A stretch of 64,000 nucleotides of DNA from an uncultured Clostridia bacterium (GTDB taxonomy: Bacteria; Bacillota; Clostridia; TANB77; CAG-508): assembly GCA_947625645.1 (NCBI GenBank), contig CANQPE010000002.1, positions 22,981-86,980 of the forward strand, read 5' to 3'. The position numbers and the translations under genes were made by a program. Positions 1-10,091 of the stretch are shown one piece after another (the first letter of the stretch is position 1; each line of letters starts with the position of its first letter). The notes beneath the pieces were generated by a model that was not told the DNA's origin, did no database searches, and worked only from the letters and a program-made list of their open reading frames with translations.

Positions 1-1095
1 GTGGATTTTATCAATATCAAAAAAACATTTTTAAAATTACGCAATCATATTAAAAAGTTAACAGAAAAAGTGTATCATCTAAAAGGTAAATCAATTGTGG
101 AAATAGCAATAGTATTAGAAAATAGAAAATTAAAAGAAGGCGTTGTCAATGAAAACAGTTATCGTAGAAATATGCAAACCATACAAACATGTGGGCAGTA
201 TTCATTTTCCAATATTCCCATACGCTTTGTAAACAAAATGCAAATTGAAGAATTTTTTGAAGAAGAAAAAAATAAATCCAATTCTACACTAGATAAGGAA
301 TACCGCGTGTTAAAAAATGTATTTGAATATGCCAAACACAAAAAAATGATAAAAGAAAATTTTTTTGTAGGATATGAAAGAGTAAAAACACCAAAAAGTC
401 TTAGACAAGATAAAGATGTTGTTGCCTTTACCAACAAAGAAGAAGCAACGTTAAGAGAATATCTAAGAACACACCCCAGCCAATACAATAACATCATACT
501 TCTCAGCTTATATACAGGCATGAGAATTGGAGAAGTGTTAGCATTAACTAAAGATGATATTCACTGTGACAAAGGAAAAATGATTATTTCTGTCAATCGC
601 TCGCTGACACGCAATAAAGATGGAAAAGTTATTATGGGGAATACAACCAAAACCAAATGGGGAAGAAGAAAAATTGAGTTATTACCAAATTCCAAAAGAG
701 TTGTAGACGATGCTTTAAAAGAGTTGAAAGAGAGTCATCGTAAGGAAAATATATTATTTTTAAGAAAAGATGGTAAATTTTATACACATAGCCAGGTCAA
801 TTCAGCATTTAAAAGAATATGCAAAAATGCAGGAATTAAAGTAAAATGTCAAGAAAAACAAGACGGTCAAGGCAAAAGAGAAACGAGTGATGTAAATATA
901 CATATGCTAAGACATACATTTGCAACAAGGTGTATTGAAGCTGGTGTGGCAATCACTGTTTTACAAAAAATATTAGGACATAGCAATATACAAACAACGA
1001 TTAATATTTATGGTGACATATATGATTCCTATAAGCAAAAAGAAATCAAAAAATATGATGAATATATTAAAAAAATGGAAAACCATTTTAGTTAA
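1..1095 (+). CDS. Tyrosine site-specific recombinase / phage-type integrase, possibly 5'-truncated by the window edge
   Basis: C-terminal catalytic region HMLRHTFATRCIEAG...LGHSNIQTTINIYGDIY (R..HxxR..Y signature) and an N-terminal SAM-like domain; the ORF begins at coordinate 1. Confidence 0.8.
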   Translation: MDFINIKKTFLKLRNHIKKLTEKVYHLKGKSIVEIAIVLENRKLKEGVVNENSYRRNMQTIQTCGQYSFSNIPIRFVNKMQIEEFFEEEKNKSNSTLDKEYRVLKNVFEYAKHKKMIKENFFVGYERVKTPKSLRQDKDVVAFTNKEEATLREYLRTHPSQYNNIILLSLYTGMRIGEVLALTKDDIHCDKGKMIISVNRSLTRNKDGKVIMGNTTKTKWGRRKIELLPNSKRVVDDALKELKESHRKENILFLRKDGKFYTHSQVNSAFKRICKNAGIKVKCQEKQDGQGKRETSDVNIHMLRHTFATRCIEAGVAITVLQKILGHSNIQTTINIYGDIYDSYKQKEIKKYDEYIKKMENHFS

Positions 1096-1111
1096 ATCGT
1101 AAAAAACACAT

Positions 1112-1140
1112 TTGACAAATCTCCTAAAATAGTATATAAT
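1112..1140 (+). promoter_or_regulatory. Sigma-A-like promoter upstream of rnj
   Basis: TTGACA, 17-nt spacer, TATAAT (ttgacaaatctcctaaaatagtatataat). Confidence 0.4.
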
Positions 1141-1362
1141 CATTACAACATTTGCCAAGAGGGCAAAGAATGAGATTTTATTTTTTAAAACGCAAAGAAA
1201 ACGGAAAATGCGTTTATATTTCCTAAAAAATGGGAAAAATAACTAAAAAGAGATAAGTGAAGAGAATAACGCAAGTATGTATGATGCTAAGTCATACATA
1301 TCCATTTTTGTTGTATCTTTTAAAAAAATAAAATAGAAAAATTAGAGTTAGGAGAGAAAAAA

Positions 1363-3330
1363 ATGACAAGAGAAAACGATGAAAAACAAAATGACAACAT
1401 GAAACAACCATACGAAAGAAGAGAAAGCTTACAAAAGAAAAAACAAGAGAGAATTCCTCATGAAAGGAAAGTGCAAGAAAGAAAGCCACAAGATAGAAGA
1501 ACACGTAGAAGAACAACACAAACAAGAAATACAAGGACAAGAATGGACAAAAACGGAAACAGTACGCAACAATTACCAATCCAAAAAGAAGAACAAAGAA
1601 TGATACAAACAAAAAAAGAAGAACAGAGAATGATACAAATAAACGATTCTTCAATAGCAGATAATGCTCAAAAAGCCAAATTAAAAATTATCCCATTAGG
1701 GGGATTACATGAAATAGGAAAAAACATTACGGTATTTGAATATGCAGACGAGATCATTGTCGTAGATTGTGGGCTATCATTTCCAGAAGATGATATGTTA
1801 GGAGTAGACTTAGTCATTCCAGACATTACGTATTTGGAAAAAAATCAAGAAAAAATTAAAGGATTAGTGATTACACATGGTCATGAAGACCATATAGGAA
1901 GTATTCCATATTTATTAAAACAAATTAACATTCCAATTTATGCACCAAAGTTAGCAATGGGACTCATTCAAAATAAATTAGAGGAACATAAATTACTCAG
2001 AAGTACAAAAATGGTAGAAATATCAGCAGGGCAGACAATTATTTTAGGAAATTATTTTAAAGTAGAGTTTATTAGAAGTACTCACAGCATACCAGATTCT
2101 GTCATGTTAGCCATTACAACACCTGTGGGAACAGTATTGCATACAGGAGATTTTAAAATTGATTATACACCAATTGATGGAAAAATTATGGATTTTGGTA
2201 GAATTGCAGAATTAGGAAATAAAGGCATTTTAGCATTAATGTCAGACAGTACCAATGCAGAAAGAAAAGGATTTACCATGTCAGAAAGTTCAGTAGGAGA
2301 AGTACTAGACAAATTATTTATTCACTGTGAAAAAAGGATTGTTGTGGCAACTTTTGCCTCTAATGTACATCGTGTTCAGCAAATTGTTAATGCTGCAGTG
2401 AAATATGGAAGAAAAATTGCAGTATGTGGCAGAAGTATGGTAAATATGATAGAAACAGCAAGGCAATTAGGGTATATTGCTTGTCCAGAAGATGCGTTTA
2501 TTGATATTGACCAAATGAGTGTGTATAATGATGAACAATTAGTCATTATTACAACTGGTAGTCAAGGAGAACCAATGTCAGCTTTAACAAGAATGGCAGC
2601 AGGAGATCACAGAAAAGTAAAAATCACACCGAATGACTTAGTCATTATATCTGCCAACCCAATACCAGGTAATGAAAAATTTGTGTCTAAAGTCATTGAC
2701 GACTTAATGCAAATTGGTGCAGAAGTGGTATATAGTGCATTAGCAGATGTACATGTATCAGGACATGCTTGTCAAGAAGAACAAAAATTAATGATTGCAT
2801 TAACAAAACCAAAATACTTTATTCCAGTGCATGGGGAATATAGACAATTAATTTCACATGGAGAAACAGCAGAAAGTATGGGAATAGAGCCAAAAAATAT
2901 TATCTATATGTCAAATGGTAGAGTGTTAGAAATAGATGCAGAAGAAGCCAAATTTAATGGTACAGTCGCAAGCGGAAGAGTATTGGTTGATGGATTAGGT
3001 GTTGGAGATGTAGGAAACATTGTATTAAGAGATAGACAGCATTTATCACAAGACGGATTAATTGTCATTGTATTAACCATGAATTCACAAACAGGAGAAG
3101 TCATTGCTGGACCGGATGTCATTTCAAGAGGTTTTGTTTATGTAAGAGAATCTGAAAATTTAATGGATGATGTTAAATCTGTTGTAAGGCATGAAATAAG
3201 CAAATGCGAACAACGTGGCATCAGAGACTGGGCAACAATAAAATCCACAGTAAGAGAAAACTTAAGAGACTATATATTTATGAAAACAAAACGAAACCCA
3301 ATGATTATACCTATTATTATGGAAGTTTAG
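1363..3330 (+). CDS. rnj: Ribonuclease J (metallo-beta-lactamase/beta-CASP RNase) with a ~100-aa K/R/E/Q-rich N-terminal extension
   Basis: HGHEDHIG zinc motif; beta-CASP and RNase J C-terminal regions; N-terminus low-complexity with the tandem repeat QKEEQRMIQ. Confidence 0.85.
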   Translation: MTRENDEKQNDNMKQPYERRESLQKKKQERIPHERKVQERKPQDRRTRRRTTQTRNTRTRMDKNGNSTQQLPIQKEEQRMIQTKKEEQRMIQINDSSIADNAQKAKLKIIPLGGLHEIGKNITVFEYADEIIVVDCGLSFPEDDMLGVDLVIPDITYLEKNQEKIKGLVITHGHEDHIGSIPYLLKQINIPIYAPKLAMGLIQNKLEEHKLLRSTKMVEISAGQTIILGNYFKVEFIRSTHSIPDSVMLAITTPVGTVLHTGDFKIDYTPIDGKIMDFGRIAELGNKGILALMSDSTNAERKGFTMSESSVGEVLDKLFIHCEKRIVVATFASNVHRVQQIVNAAVKYGRKIAVCGRSMVNMIETARQLGYIACPEDAFIDIDQMSVYNDEQLVIITTGSQGEPMSALTRMAAGDHRKVKITPNDLVIISANPIPGNEKFVSKVIDDLMQIGAEVVYSALADVHVSGHACQEEQKLMIALTKPKYFIPVHGEYRQLISHGETAESMGIEPKNIIYMSNGRVLEIDAEEAKFNGTVASGRVLVDGLGVGDVGNIVLRDRQHLSQDGLIVIVLTMNSQTGEVIAGPDVISRGFVYVRESENLMDDVKSVVRHEISKCEQRGIRDWATIKSTVRENLRDYIFMKTKRNPMIIPIIMEV

Positions 3331-3362
3331 AGTTAATTTGATTGAAAGGGGAATGGTAAATC

Positions 3363-5024
3363 ATGAATTATAAAGATTTAGCAGATGTGATGTTTCCAGA
3401 GGCAAAAGAGATTGCATATTATGAAGAAAAATATCCAGAAAGAAATTTAAAAGAAGATGCCATTGTGACAAGAATAGCACCAAGTCCAACAGGTTTTGTC
3501 CATATTGGTGGATTGTACCAAGGACTCATTGCCAAAAAATTAGCAAACCAAACAGAGGGGGTATTCTTTTTAAGAATAGAGGATACAGACCAAAAAAGAG
3601 AAGTGGAAAATGGCGTTGTTGGAATTGTCAATTCATTAACAGACTTTGGGCTTGAACCAGATGAAGGGATGATTTCAGAAAACGAAGAAAAAGGAACTTA
3701 TGGACCATATAAACAATCCAATCGAAAAGAAATTTATCAAGCCTATGCCAAATATCTAATTGAACAAGGAAAAGCCTATCCATGCTTTTGCACGCCAGAA
3801 GAAGTAGAAGAAATAAGAAATAAACAAGAAGTAGCTAAAATTAGACCAGGGTATTATGGCGCATGGGCAAAATGCAGAAATTTAACCGTTGAAGAAATGA
3901 TAGAAAAAATAAAAGCAGGAGAAAGTTGGATTGTTCGTTTTAAGTCACCAGGAAGAGAAGATAGAAAAATTAGGCATAAAGATGTCATAAAAGGCAATGT
4001 AGAATTTCCTGAAAATGACCAAGACATTGTCATTATTAAAGCAGACGGATTGCCAACATATCACTTTGCACACGCAATAGACGACCACTTAATGAGAACG
4101 ACACATGTGATTAGAGGGGATGAATGGTTGTCTTCAGTGCCACTTCATTTACAGTTATTCCAAGAATTAGGATTTAAAGCACCTAAATATGCACATATTG
4201 CACCAATCATGAAAAATGAGGAAGGAAATAAACGCAAATTAAGTAAACGTAAAGATCCAGAAGCAGCTGTTAGTTATTATGCAGAAGTAGGAATTCCAAA
4301 AGAAGCGGTAAAAGAATATTTATTAAATATTGCAAATTCTACATTTGAAAATTGGAGAAGAGCCAATCCAGAAAAACCAATAGAAGAATTTGAATTACAA
4401 TTAAACAAAATGAGTGTTAGTGGAGCACTATTTGACATTGTAAAATTACTTGATGTATCAAAAATTGTTATTTCCAAAATGACAGCTGAGCAAGTTTACC
4501 AAAATACACTTACATGGGCAGAAAAATATGATGAAGAACTCGCAACGTTGTTCAAAAAATATAAAGCGTATTCATTAAAAGTACTAGGAATTGAAAGAGG
4601 AAATAAAAAACCAAGAAAAGATATTGGCAAATGGTCAGATGTAAAAGAAACCATTTCTTATATGTATGACGAATTGTTTGAACAAGACAAGACAGCATAT
4701 CCATACCAAGTGATTAAAGACAAAGATGCCATTTCTAAAATTTTGAATACATATGTGACAAAATATTATGACGAAAAAGATGATAAACAAGCATGGTTTG
4801 ACAAAATAAAAGAATTAGCTGGTGAAATGGGATATGCAAAGGAAGTCAAACAATTCAAAGAAAATCCAGGACAATATGCAGCACATGTGGGAGATGTTAG
4901 CACTGTGTTAAGAGTTGCCCTTACCAAAAGAACAAACACACCAGACATGTATGAAATTATGCAAGTTTTAGGAAAAGAAAAGGTAAAAGAAAGGTTGCAA
5001 ACAGCAGAAAGACAATGCCAATAA
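3363..5024 (+). CDS. gltX: Glutamate--tRNA ligase
   Basis: Class I aaRS HIGH motif (PSPTGFVHIGG) and KMSKS-type motif (KLSKRK); GluRS-like overall. Confidence 0.8.
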   Translation: MNYKDLADVMFPEAKEIAYYEEKYPERNLKEDAIVTRIAPSPTGFVHIGGLYQGLIAKKLANQTEGVFFLRIEDTDQKREVENGVVGIVNSLTDFGLEPDEGMISENEEKGTYGPYKQSNRKEIYQAYAKYLIEQGKAYPCFCTPEEVEEIRNKQEVAKIRPGYYGAWAKCRNLTVEEMIEKIKAGESWIVRFKSPGREDRKIRHKDVIKGNVEFPENDQDIVIIKADGLPTYHFAHAIDDHLMRTTHVIRGDEWLSSVPLHLQLFQELGFKAPKYAHIAPIMKNEEGNKRKLSKRKDPEAAVSYYAEVGIPKEAVKEYLLNIANSTFENWRRANPEKPIEEFELQLNKMSVSGALFDIVKLLDVSKIVISKMTAEQVYQNTLTWAEKYDEELATLFKKYKAYSLKVLGIERGNKKPRKDIGKWSDVKETISYMYDELFEQDKTAYPYQVIKDKDAISKILNTYVTKYYDEKDDKQAWFDKIKELAGEMGYAKEVKQFKENPGQYAAHVGDVSTVLRVALTKRTNTPDMYEIMQVLGKEKVKERLQTAERQCQ

Positions 5025-5064
5025 GGCTGGAACATTAGGTAGACAGGAAAGAATGTGAGGAAAA

Positions 5065-5238
5065 ATGGAATATCAAGTAGGAGATATTGTAAGAACCAAA
5101 AAGCAACACCCCTGTGGAAGCAAATTATGGGAAATTACAAGAGTAGGAGTAGATTTTAAGCTAAAATGCCAAGGATGTGGACATGTGATTATGGTAGAGC
5201 GCCCCAAAGCATTAAAAATGATTACCAAAAAGATGTAG
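5065..5238 (+). CDS. DUF951-family small zinc-ribbon protein (57 aa), below the ORF-track length cutoff
   Basis: MEYQVGDIVRTKKQHPCGSKLWEITRVGVDFKLKCQGCGHVIMVERPKALKMITKKM; CxxxxxW...CxGC pattern typical of DUF951; RBS-like gagg upstream. Confidence 0.55.
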   Translation: MEYQVGDIVRTKKQHPCGSKLWEITRVGVDFKLKCQGCGHVIMVERPKALKMITKKM

Positions 5239-5308
5239 CAAAATGACAAAAAATGACATAAGATATTAGTATAGTATGGATAAATACTATATAGGGGGTG
5301 ACTTTGTT

Positions 5309-5590
5309 ATGGAGCCACAAGAGCAACAAGTTGTATGCTATGATATTGTAAACTGTAATTGTGAGAAAAAATGCAAATCAACGAAAAAGAATGTATGTTT
5401 ATGGATTATAGCCGTTATTTTACTAGTATCTTTTGCAACAGTAATTGGATTAATTATTGGAGCAGCAATTAGTGCAGCAGTTTTAGCAGCATTACCAGCA
5501 GTTATTGTATTAGCCGTTATCCTTGGATTACTTTTCATATTATCTATTATCTTAATGATATGTAAAAAAACAAAATGCGGTTGTAGATGA
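5309..5590 (+). CDS. Small Cys-rich two-TM membrane protein, hypothetical
   Basis: N-terminal CYDIVNCNCEKKCKSTKKNVC cluster, two hydrophobic helices, C-terminal CKKTKCGCR; start chosen at the ATG 9 nt after a GGGGGTG RBS (ORF track starts at 5276). Confidence 0.4.
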   Translation: MEPQEQQVVCYDIVNCNCEKKCKSTKKNVCLWIIAVILLVSFATVIGLIIGAAISAAVLAALPAVIVLAVILGLLFILSIILMICKKTKCGCR

Positions 5591-5679
5591 TGAAGCATAT
5601 AGAAAATTGATAAAAGATTCTGAAAGATATGTAAAAATATTTCAATAAAAAATATATTACCTATCAGGGACAAACTAAA

Positions 5680-5733
5680 AATATTCTATTACGAAAAAAG
5701 TTGGAAATCCAAAAAAAATCGTAATAGAATATT
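5680..5733. promoter_or_regulatory. Perfect 15-bp inverted repeat (AATATTCTATTACGA...TCGTAATAGAATATT) overlapping the -35 of the downstream promoter; operator-like
   Basis: Direct reading; the arms are separated by a 24-nt A-rich loop. Confidence 0.4.
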
Positions 5734-5760
5734 GACTTTATTAGAATAATTTTATATAAT
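5732..5760 (+). promoter_or_regulatory. Sigma-A-like promoter for the DUF4143 ATPase gene
   Basis: TTGACT, 17 nt, TATAAT; GAGAGGAG RBS; ATG at 5782. Confidence 0.45.
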
Positions 5761-5781
5761 ACGAATGAAAGAGAGGAGAAT

Positions 5782-7035
5782 ATGGAGATTAAAAGAGAGG
5801 ATTACTTAAATAAACTAATAGCAAGACAAAATAATGGACTAGTTAAAGTCATAACAGGACTTAGAAGGTCAGGAAAATCATATTTATTGTTTAATATTTT
5901 CAAGAAATATTTAATGGAAAAAGGAATTGAAAAATCGCATATTATTTCTATAGCATTAGATGACCTATCAAATGAAAAATTAAGAAATCCGTATAATATG
6001 TTAGATTTTATAAAACAAAGAATAATAGATAATCATTTATATTATATTATGTTAGATGAAGTTCAATATTTAGAAAGATTTGAGGAAGTTTTAAATAGTT
6101 TAATGCACATTGACAATGTTGACATATATGTAACAGGAAGTAATTCAAAATTTTTATCTTCTGATGTCATAACAGAATTTAGAGGGCGTGGAGATGAAAT
6201 ACACGTTTATCCATTAAGTTTTAGAGAATTTTTTTCAGTATATAAAGGGACAAAAGAAGAGGCTTGGGATGAATATTTTACTTATGGAGGTATGCCACTT
6301 GTACTAGCATATAATACACCTCAAGAAAAATCTGAATATTTACAATCTTTATTTGATAAGGTGTATGTTTCAGATATTATTGAAAGACATAAAGTAAGAA
6401 ATAAAGAGGAATTAGATGAACTTTTAGATATTTTATCTTCTTCCATAGGTTCATTTACAAATCCATTAAAATTATCTAGGACATATAAGAGTGAAAAAAA
6501 CAAAGTAATTAGCGATAAAACAATCAATAACTACATAGGATATTTTGAAGATTCATTTTTAATTAACAAAGCCAAAAGATATAATATAAAGGGAAAGAAA
6601 TATATAAATTCTCCTTATAAATTTTATTTTGAAGATATTGGTTTAAGAAATGCGAGACTAAACTTTAGGCAAACTGAAGAAAATCATATAATGGAAAATG
6701 TGATATATAATGAACTTAAAATTCGTGGATATAATGTTGATGTAGGAATTGTTGAAGTTTTTGATACAAATAATAATGGGAAAACAGCGTTAAAAAATTA
6801 TGAAGTTGATTTTATAGCAACACAAGAAAGTAAAAAATATTATATTCAATCAGCATTTAATATGAATAGTGAAGAAAAAGAAAAACAAGAAAAAACATCA
6901 CTTATTAATATTGATGATTCATTTAAAAAGATGATTGTTGTAAAAGAAAATATTATGCCCAAAAGGGATGAACATGGCATTACTACGATTGGAATATATG
7001 ATTTCCTTTTAAATGAAATGAGTTTAGAATTATAA
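5782..7035 (+). CDS. AAA+ ATPase with C-terminal DUF4143-like domain
   Basis: Walker A GLRRSGKS, Walker B-like IMLDEVQY; architecture of the widespread 'ATP-binding protein' DUF4143 family. Confidence 0.7.
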   Translation: MEIKREDYLNKLIARQNNGLVKVITGLRRSGKSYLLFNIFKKYLMEKGIEKSHIISIALDDLSNEKLRNPYNMLDFIKQRIIDNHLYYIMLDEVQYLERFEEVLNSLMHIDNVDIYVTGSNSKFLSSDVITEFRGRGDEIHVYPLSFREFFSVYKGTKEEAWDEYFTYGGMPLVLAYNTPQEKSEYLQSLFDKVYVSDIIERHKVRNKEELDELLDILSSSIGSFTNPLKLSRTYKSEKNKVISDKTINNYIGYFEDSFLINKAKRYNIKGKKYINSPYKFYFEDIGLRNARLNFRQTEENHIMENVIYNELKIRGYNVDVGIVEVFDTNNNGKTALKNYEVDFIATQESKKYYIQSAFNMNSEEKEKQEKTSLINIDDSFKKMIVVKENIMPKRDEHGITTIGIYDFLLNEMSLEL

Positions 7036-7115
7036 TGAAAATAAAACTTTTAATTAATTTGTAAAATAAAAAAATAGTGGTAAAATGTAAAAAATAAAAA
7101 ACGGAGGAAGAAACA

Positions 7116-8249
7116 ATGGCAGGAAAACATTCATATTCATATGATGATGAATTACCAAAGGCAATGCAAAGGAACAGTCAAACGGAGAACAGAACACAAA
7201 ACAAAAGACGAAAACAAAAGAAAAAACACACGGGGTTAAAAATTTTGGCAATCATACTTTTTATTTTAGTAGCAGCTATTATTGCCATTATGGGAAGCGC
7301 CTACTGGTATGTCAACGATAAATTAGGAAAAATGCAACAGGTAGAAATTAACGAAACCGAATTGGGAATTTCAGAAGAAGTCTCAGAAAATTTAGCAAAA
7401 TACAGAAATATAGCTATTTTTGGCGTTGATAGCCGAAGCAATAACATGGATAAAGGAAACAGAAGTGATTGCATTATTATAGCAAGTATTAACAATGAAA
7501 CAAAAGATGTCAAATTAATTTCTGTGTACCGTGATACCTATGTCCAAATTGAAAATCATAATTTAGACAAAATTACACACGCTTATTCATATGGAGGAGC
7601 ACAACTAGCCATTAATACATTAAATACCAATTTTGATTTAAACATCAAAGAATTTGTCACAGTAAACTTTGATTCAGTGGCTGAGGCAGTAGAAGAGTTA
7701 GGCGGAATTATGATAAATATTGAATCTGCACAAGAAATGAAGACAATGAATGAGGAATATATAGACCCAGTAGCAAAACAAACAGGGCTATCTAATGCAA
7801 AAATCCAAAAGACGGGAATGCAATTATTAAATGGTGTGCAAGCAGTTGCATATTCAAGAGTTCGTTATACGGCAGGAGGAGACTATAAAAGAACAGAAAG
7901 AATGAGAGTGGTAATTGAAGCCATGTTGGCAAAATTAAAGACGAAAAGCCTAGGCGAAATTAATTCTTTTATGGACAATATTTTACCAAAAGTATATACC
8001 AATATTTCAACAGGCGATGTATTAAGCTTATTACCAAGTTTAGCAAGTTTTAATATTTCAGACAGTATAGGGTGGCCATATACAACAAAAGGCATTACGT
8101 TAGATAGATGGTATGGTGTACCTGTTACATTACAAAGTAATGTAACAAAACTACATCAAGAAGTTTTTGAAGAACCAGAATATGTACCTTCAGAAACCGT
8201 AAAAACAATTAGTAATAAAATAGTTTCAAAGACAGGATATAAACAATAA
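7116..8249 (+). CDS. LCP (LytR-CpsA-Psr) family cell-envelope polymer transferase
   Basis: K-rich cytoplasmic tail, single TM, LCP core (IAIFGVDSR...NRSDCIIIASIN...VYRDTYV). Confidence 0.85.
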   Translation: MAGKHSYSYDDELPKAMQRNSQTENRTQNKRRKQKKKHTGLKILAIILFILVAAIIAIMGSAYWYVNDKLGKMQQVEINETELGISEEVSENLAKYRNIAIFGVDSRSNNMDKGNRSDCIIIASINNETKDVKLISVYRDTYVQIENHNLDKITHAYSYGGAQLAINTLNTNFDLNIKEFVTVNFDSVAEAVEELGGIMINIESAQEMKTMNEEYIDPVAKQTGLSNAKIQKTGMQLLNGVQAVAYSRVRYTAGGDYKRTERMRVVIEAMLAKLKTKSLGEINSFMDNILPKVYTNISTGDVLSLLPSLASFNISDSIGWPYTTKGITLDRWYGVPVTLQSNVTKLHQEVFEEPEYVPSETVKTISNKIVSKTGYKQ

Positions 8250-8355
8250 AAGCAGAAAGAAAAAATGAAAAAGCCCATAACCCTTGCTACTGCATATATA
8301 TCGTAACTTAAAAAAATAAAGATAACAAGTTGATACTAATTGTTTTATAAATCCA

Positions 8356-8425
8356 AAAAGCCAAAAGAACGTAAACAAAGCTATTTGCTTAAAATTGCTT
8401 TGTTTAGGCTCTTTTGGCTTTTTAT
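8356..8425 (+). terminator. Long imperfect hairpin followed by a T-run, downstream of the LCP gene
   Basis: aaaagccaaaagaacgtaaacaaagc ... gctttgtttaggctcttttggctttttattc. Confidence 0.45.
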
Positions 8426-8459
8426 TCATTACAAAAAAGATAAAAATCGACAAAAATTG

Positions 8460-8488
8460 TTGACTTATATAGTGAAAAAGTATATAAT
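8460..8488 (+). promoter_or_regulatory. Sigma-A-like promoter for the glycan-assembly genes
   Basis: TTGACT, 17 nt, TATAAT. Confidence 0.4.
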
Positions 8489-8514
8489 TTAGGAAATAAA
8501 AATGACACATATCA

Positions 8515-9213
8515 ATGAATAAGGGGGATATAAAATTGAATACGGAAATGCAAGAAGTAGTTGTAGATAATGCAATTGCCCAAGAGACAAAAGATGTTGA
8601 AAAAAAAAATAATTATGTACATATAAAAAGAATATTAGATATTGTCATGTCTATCATAGGGGTGATTTTGCTGTCACCAGTTTTTTTAATAATAGCAATT
8701 ATGATCAAGGCTACATCCAGAGGACCTGTCTTTTTTGCACACATAAGAGTAGGAAAAAATGGAAAAAAATTCAAAATGTATAAATTTCGTACTATGTATG
8801 AAAATGCAAGAGAAATGATAAAAAATTTCACACCAGAACAAAAAAAAGAATGGGAAGAAAATTTTAAATTGCAAGATGACCCTAGAATTACAAAAATAGG
8901 AAAATTTTTAAGAAAAACAAGTTTAGATGAATTGCCACAAATTTTTAATATCCTAAGAGGAGACTTGTCAATTGTTGGACCAAGACCAGTTGTAGTAAAG
9001 GAACTAAGAAAATATGGAAAAGATAAAGATAAATTTTTAAGTGTCACACCAGGGCTAACAGGATACTGGCAAGTAAATGGAAGAAGTGAAACAACGTATG
9101 ACGAAAGAATACAATTAGAATTATATTACGTAGACCACATGTCCTTTTGGTTGGATGTTAAAATATTTTTTAAAACATTTAGTACCGTGTTTAAAAAAGA
9201 GGGAGCTGTATAA
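8515..9213 (+). CDS. Initiating undecaprenyl-phosphate sugar phosphotransferase (bacterial sugar transferase, WbaP/CpsE C-terminal-domain type)
   Basis: Single TM plus Bac_transf domain (KMYKFRTM...DELPQIFNILRGDLSIVGPRP...PGLTGYWQVNGRS). Confidence 0.85.
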   Translation: MNKGDIKLNTEMQEVVVDNAIAQETKDVEKKNNYVHIKRILDIVMSIIGVILLSPVFLIIAIMIKATSRGPVFFAHIRVGKNGKKFKMYKFRTMYENAREMIKNFTPEQKKEWEENFKLQDDPRITKIGKFLRKTSLDELPQIFNILRGDLSIVGPRPVVVKELRKYGKDKDKFLSVTPGLTGYWQVNGRSETTYDERIQLELYYVDHMSFWLDVKIFFKTFSTVFKKEGAV

Positions 9214-10091
9214 TGAACATAGATATTATATGCCCGCTATATCAGGCGGAAAAAGATTTACAAAGATTACATGAATCATTATTGAAGCAAAAAAATGTAA
9301 CAATTCACGACATTCATTATGTTTTAACAGAAAGCAAGGATAAAACAGAAGAAATATTAAGAAATTTGAATGTATCCTATCAAAAAATAAAAAAAGAAGA
9401 ATTTTCGCATAGCTTTACAAGAGAACAAGCTGCGTTTTCTTGTAAAGCTGATATACTTGTGTTTATTACACAAGATGTAATTATTGAAAGAGAAGATTGG
9501 CTATATTATTTAACAAAAGATATTGAAGATGGTATGGTTGAAGCTTGTTATAGCAGGCAATTATGTACCAATAACACAATAGAAAAATACACAAGAGAAT
9601 ACAATTATCCCAAGGAATCAAGGATTGTTAGCAAAGAATCCATTGCAAAACTTGGATTAAATACCTTTTTCTTTTCAGACGCATCGTCTGCGATTAGAAG
9701 AGATATTTTTTTGTTACTGAATGGATATGACCAAAAAAAGTTACCAACAAATGAAGACATGTATTTTGCCTATAAACTCATTACAAATGGTTACAAAATA
9801 AAATATTGTGCTGAATCAGAAGTTATCCATTCACATCAATTTACATTAAAACAATATTATACACGCTATAAAGACACGGGAAAGTTTTTCAAACAAAATC
9901 CATATTTAGATACTTTTGGAACCAATAAAGCAGGAGGAGGAATGGCAAAATATATTTTAAAAAGAGCGATACAAGATAGAAATATAAAGGTACTATTCCA
10001 ATTTTTCCCAAATGTCATGGCAAGGTTCATTGGAATGAAAATAGGAAAATGCACGAAAGTTGAACCAGAAAGGAATGGAGCAAATGAATGA
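9213..10091 (+). CDS. Putative GT-A fold glycosyltransferase
   Basis: GT-A-like layout with an acidic ED motif; weak family assignment. Confidence 0.45.
   Translation: MNIDIICPLYQAEKDLQRLHESLLKQKNVTIHDIHYVLTESKDKTEEILRNLNVSYQKIKKEEFSHSFTREQAAFSCKADILVFITQDVIIEREDWLYYLTKDIEDGMVEACYSRQLCTNNTIEKYTREYNYPKESRIVSKESIAKLGLNTFFFSDASSAIRRDIFLLLNGYDQKKLPTNEDMYFAYKLITNGYKIKYCAESEVIHSHQFTLKQYYTRYKDTGKFFKQNPYLDTFGTNKAGGGMAKYILKRAIQDRNIKVLFQFFPNVMARFIGMKIGKCTKVEPERNGANE

Noticed and set aside
1292-1654. 120-aa minus-strand ORF antisense to the rnj 5' end
   Set aside because: Phe/Leu-rich mirror of the K/E-rich rnj extension; nested artefact.
3331-3362. T-box or other leader upstream of gltX
   Set aside because: Only 32 bp separate rnj and gltX, which leaves no room for a riboswitch. 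The genes are probably co-transcribed.
8226-8510. 94-aa minus-strand ORF in the LCP/sugar-transferase intergenic region
   Set aside because: It covers a terminator hairpin and promoter. The sequence is low-complexity and AT-rich, with no start context.
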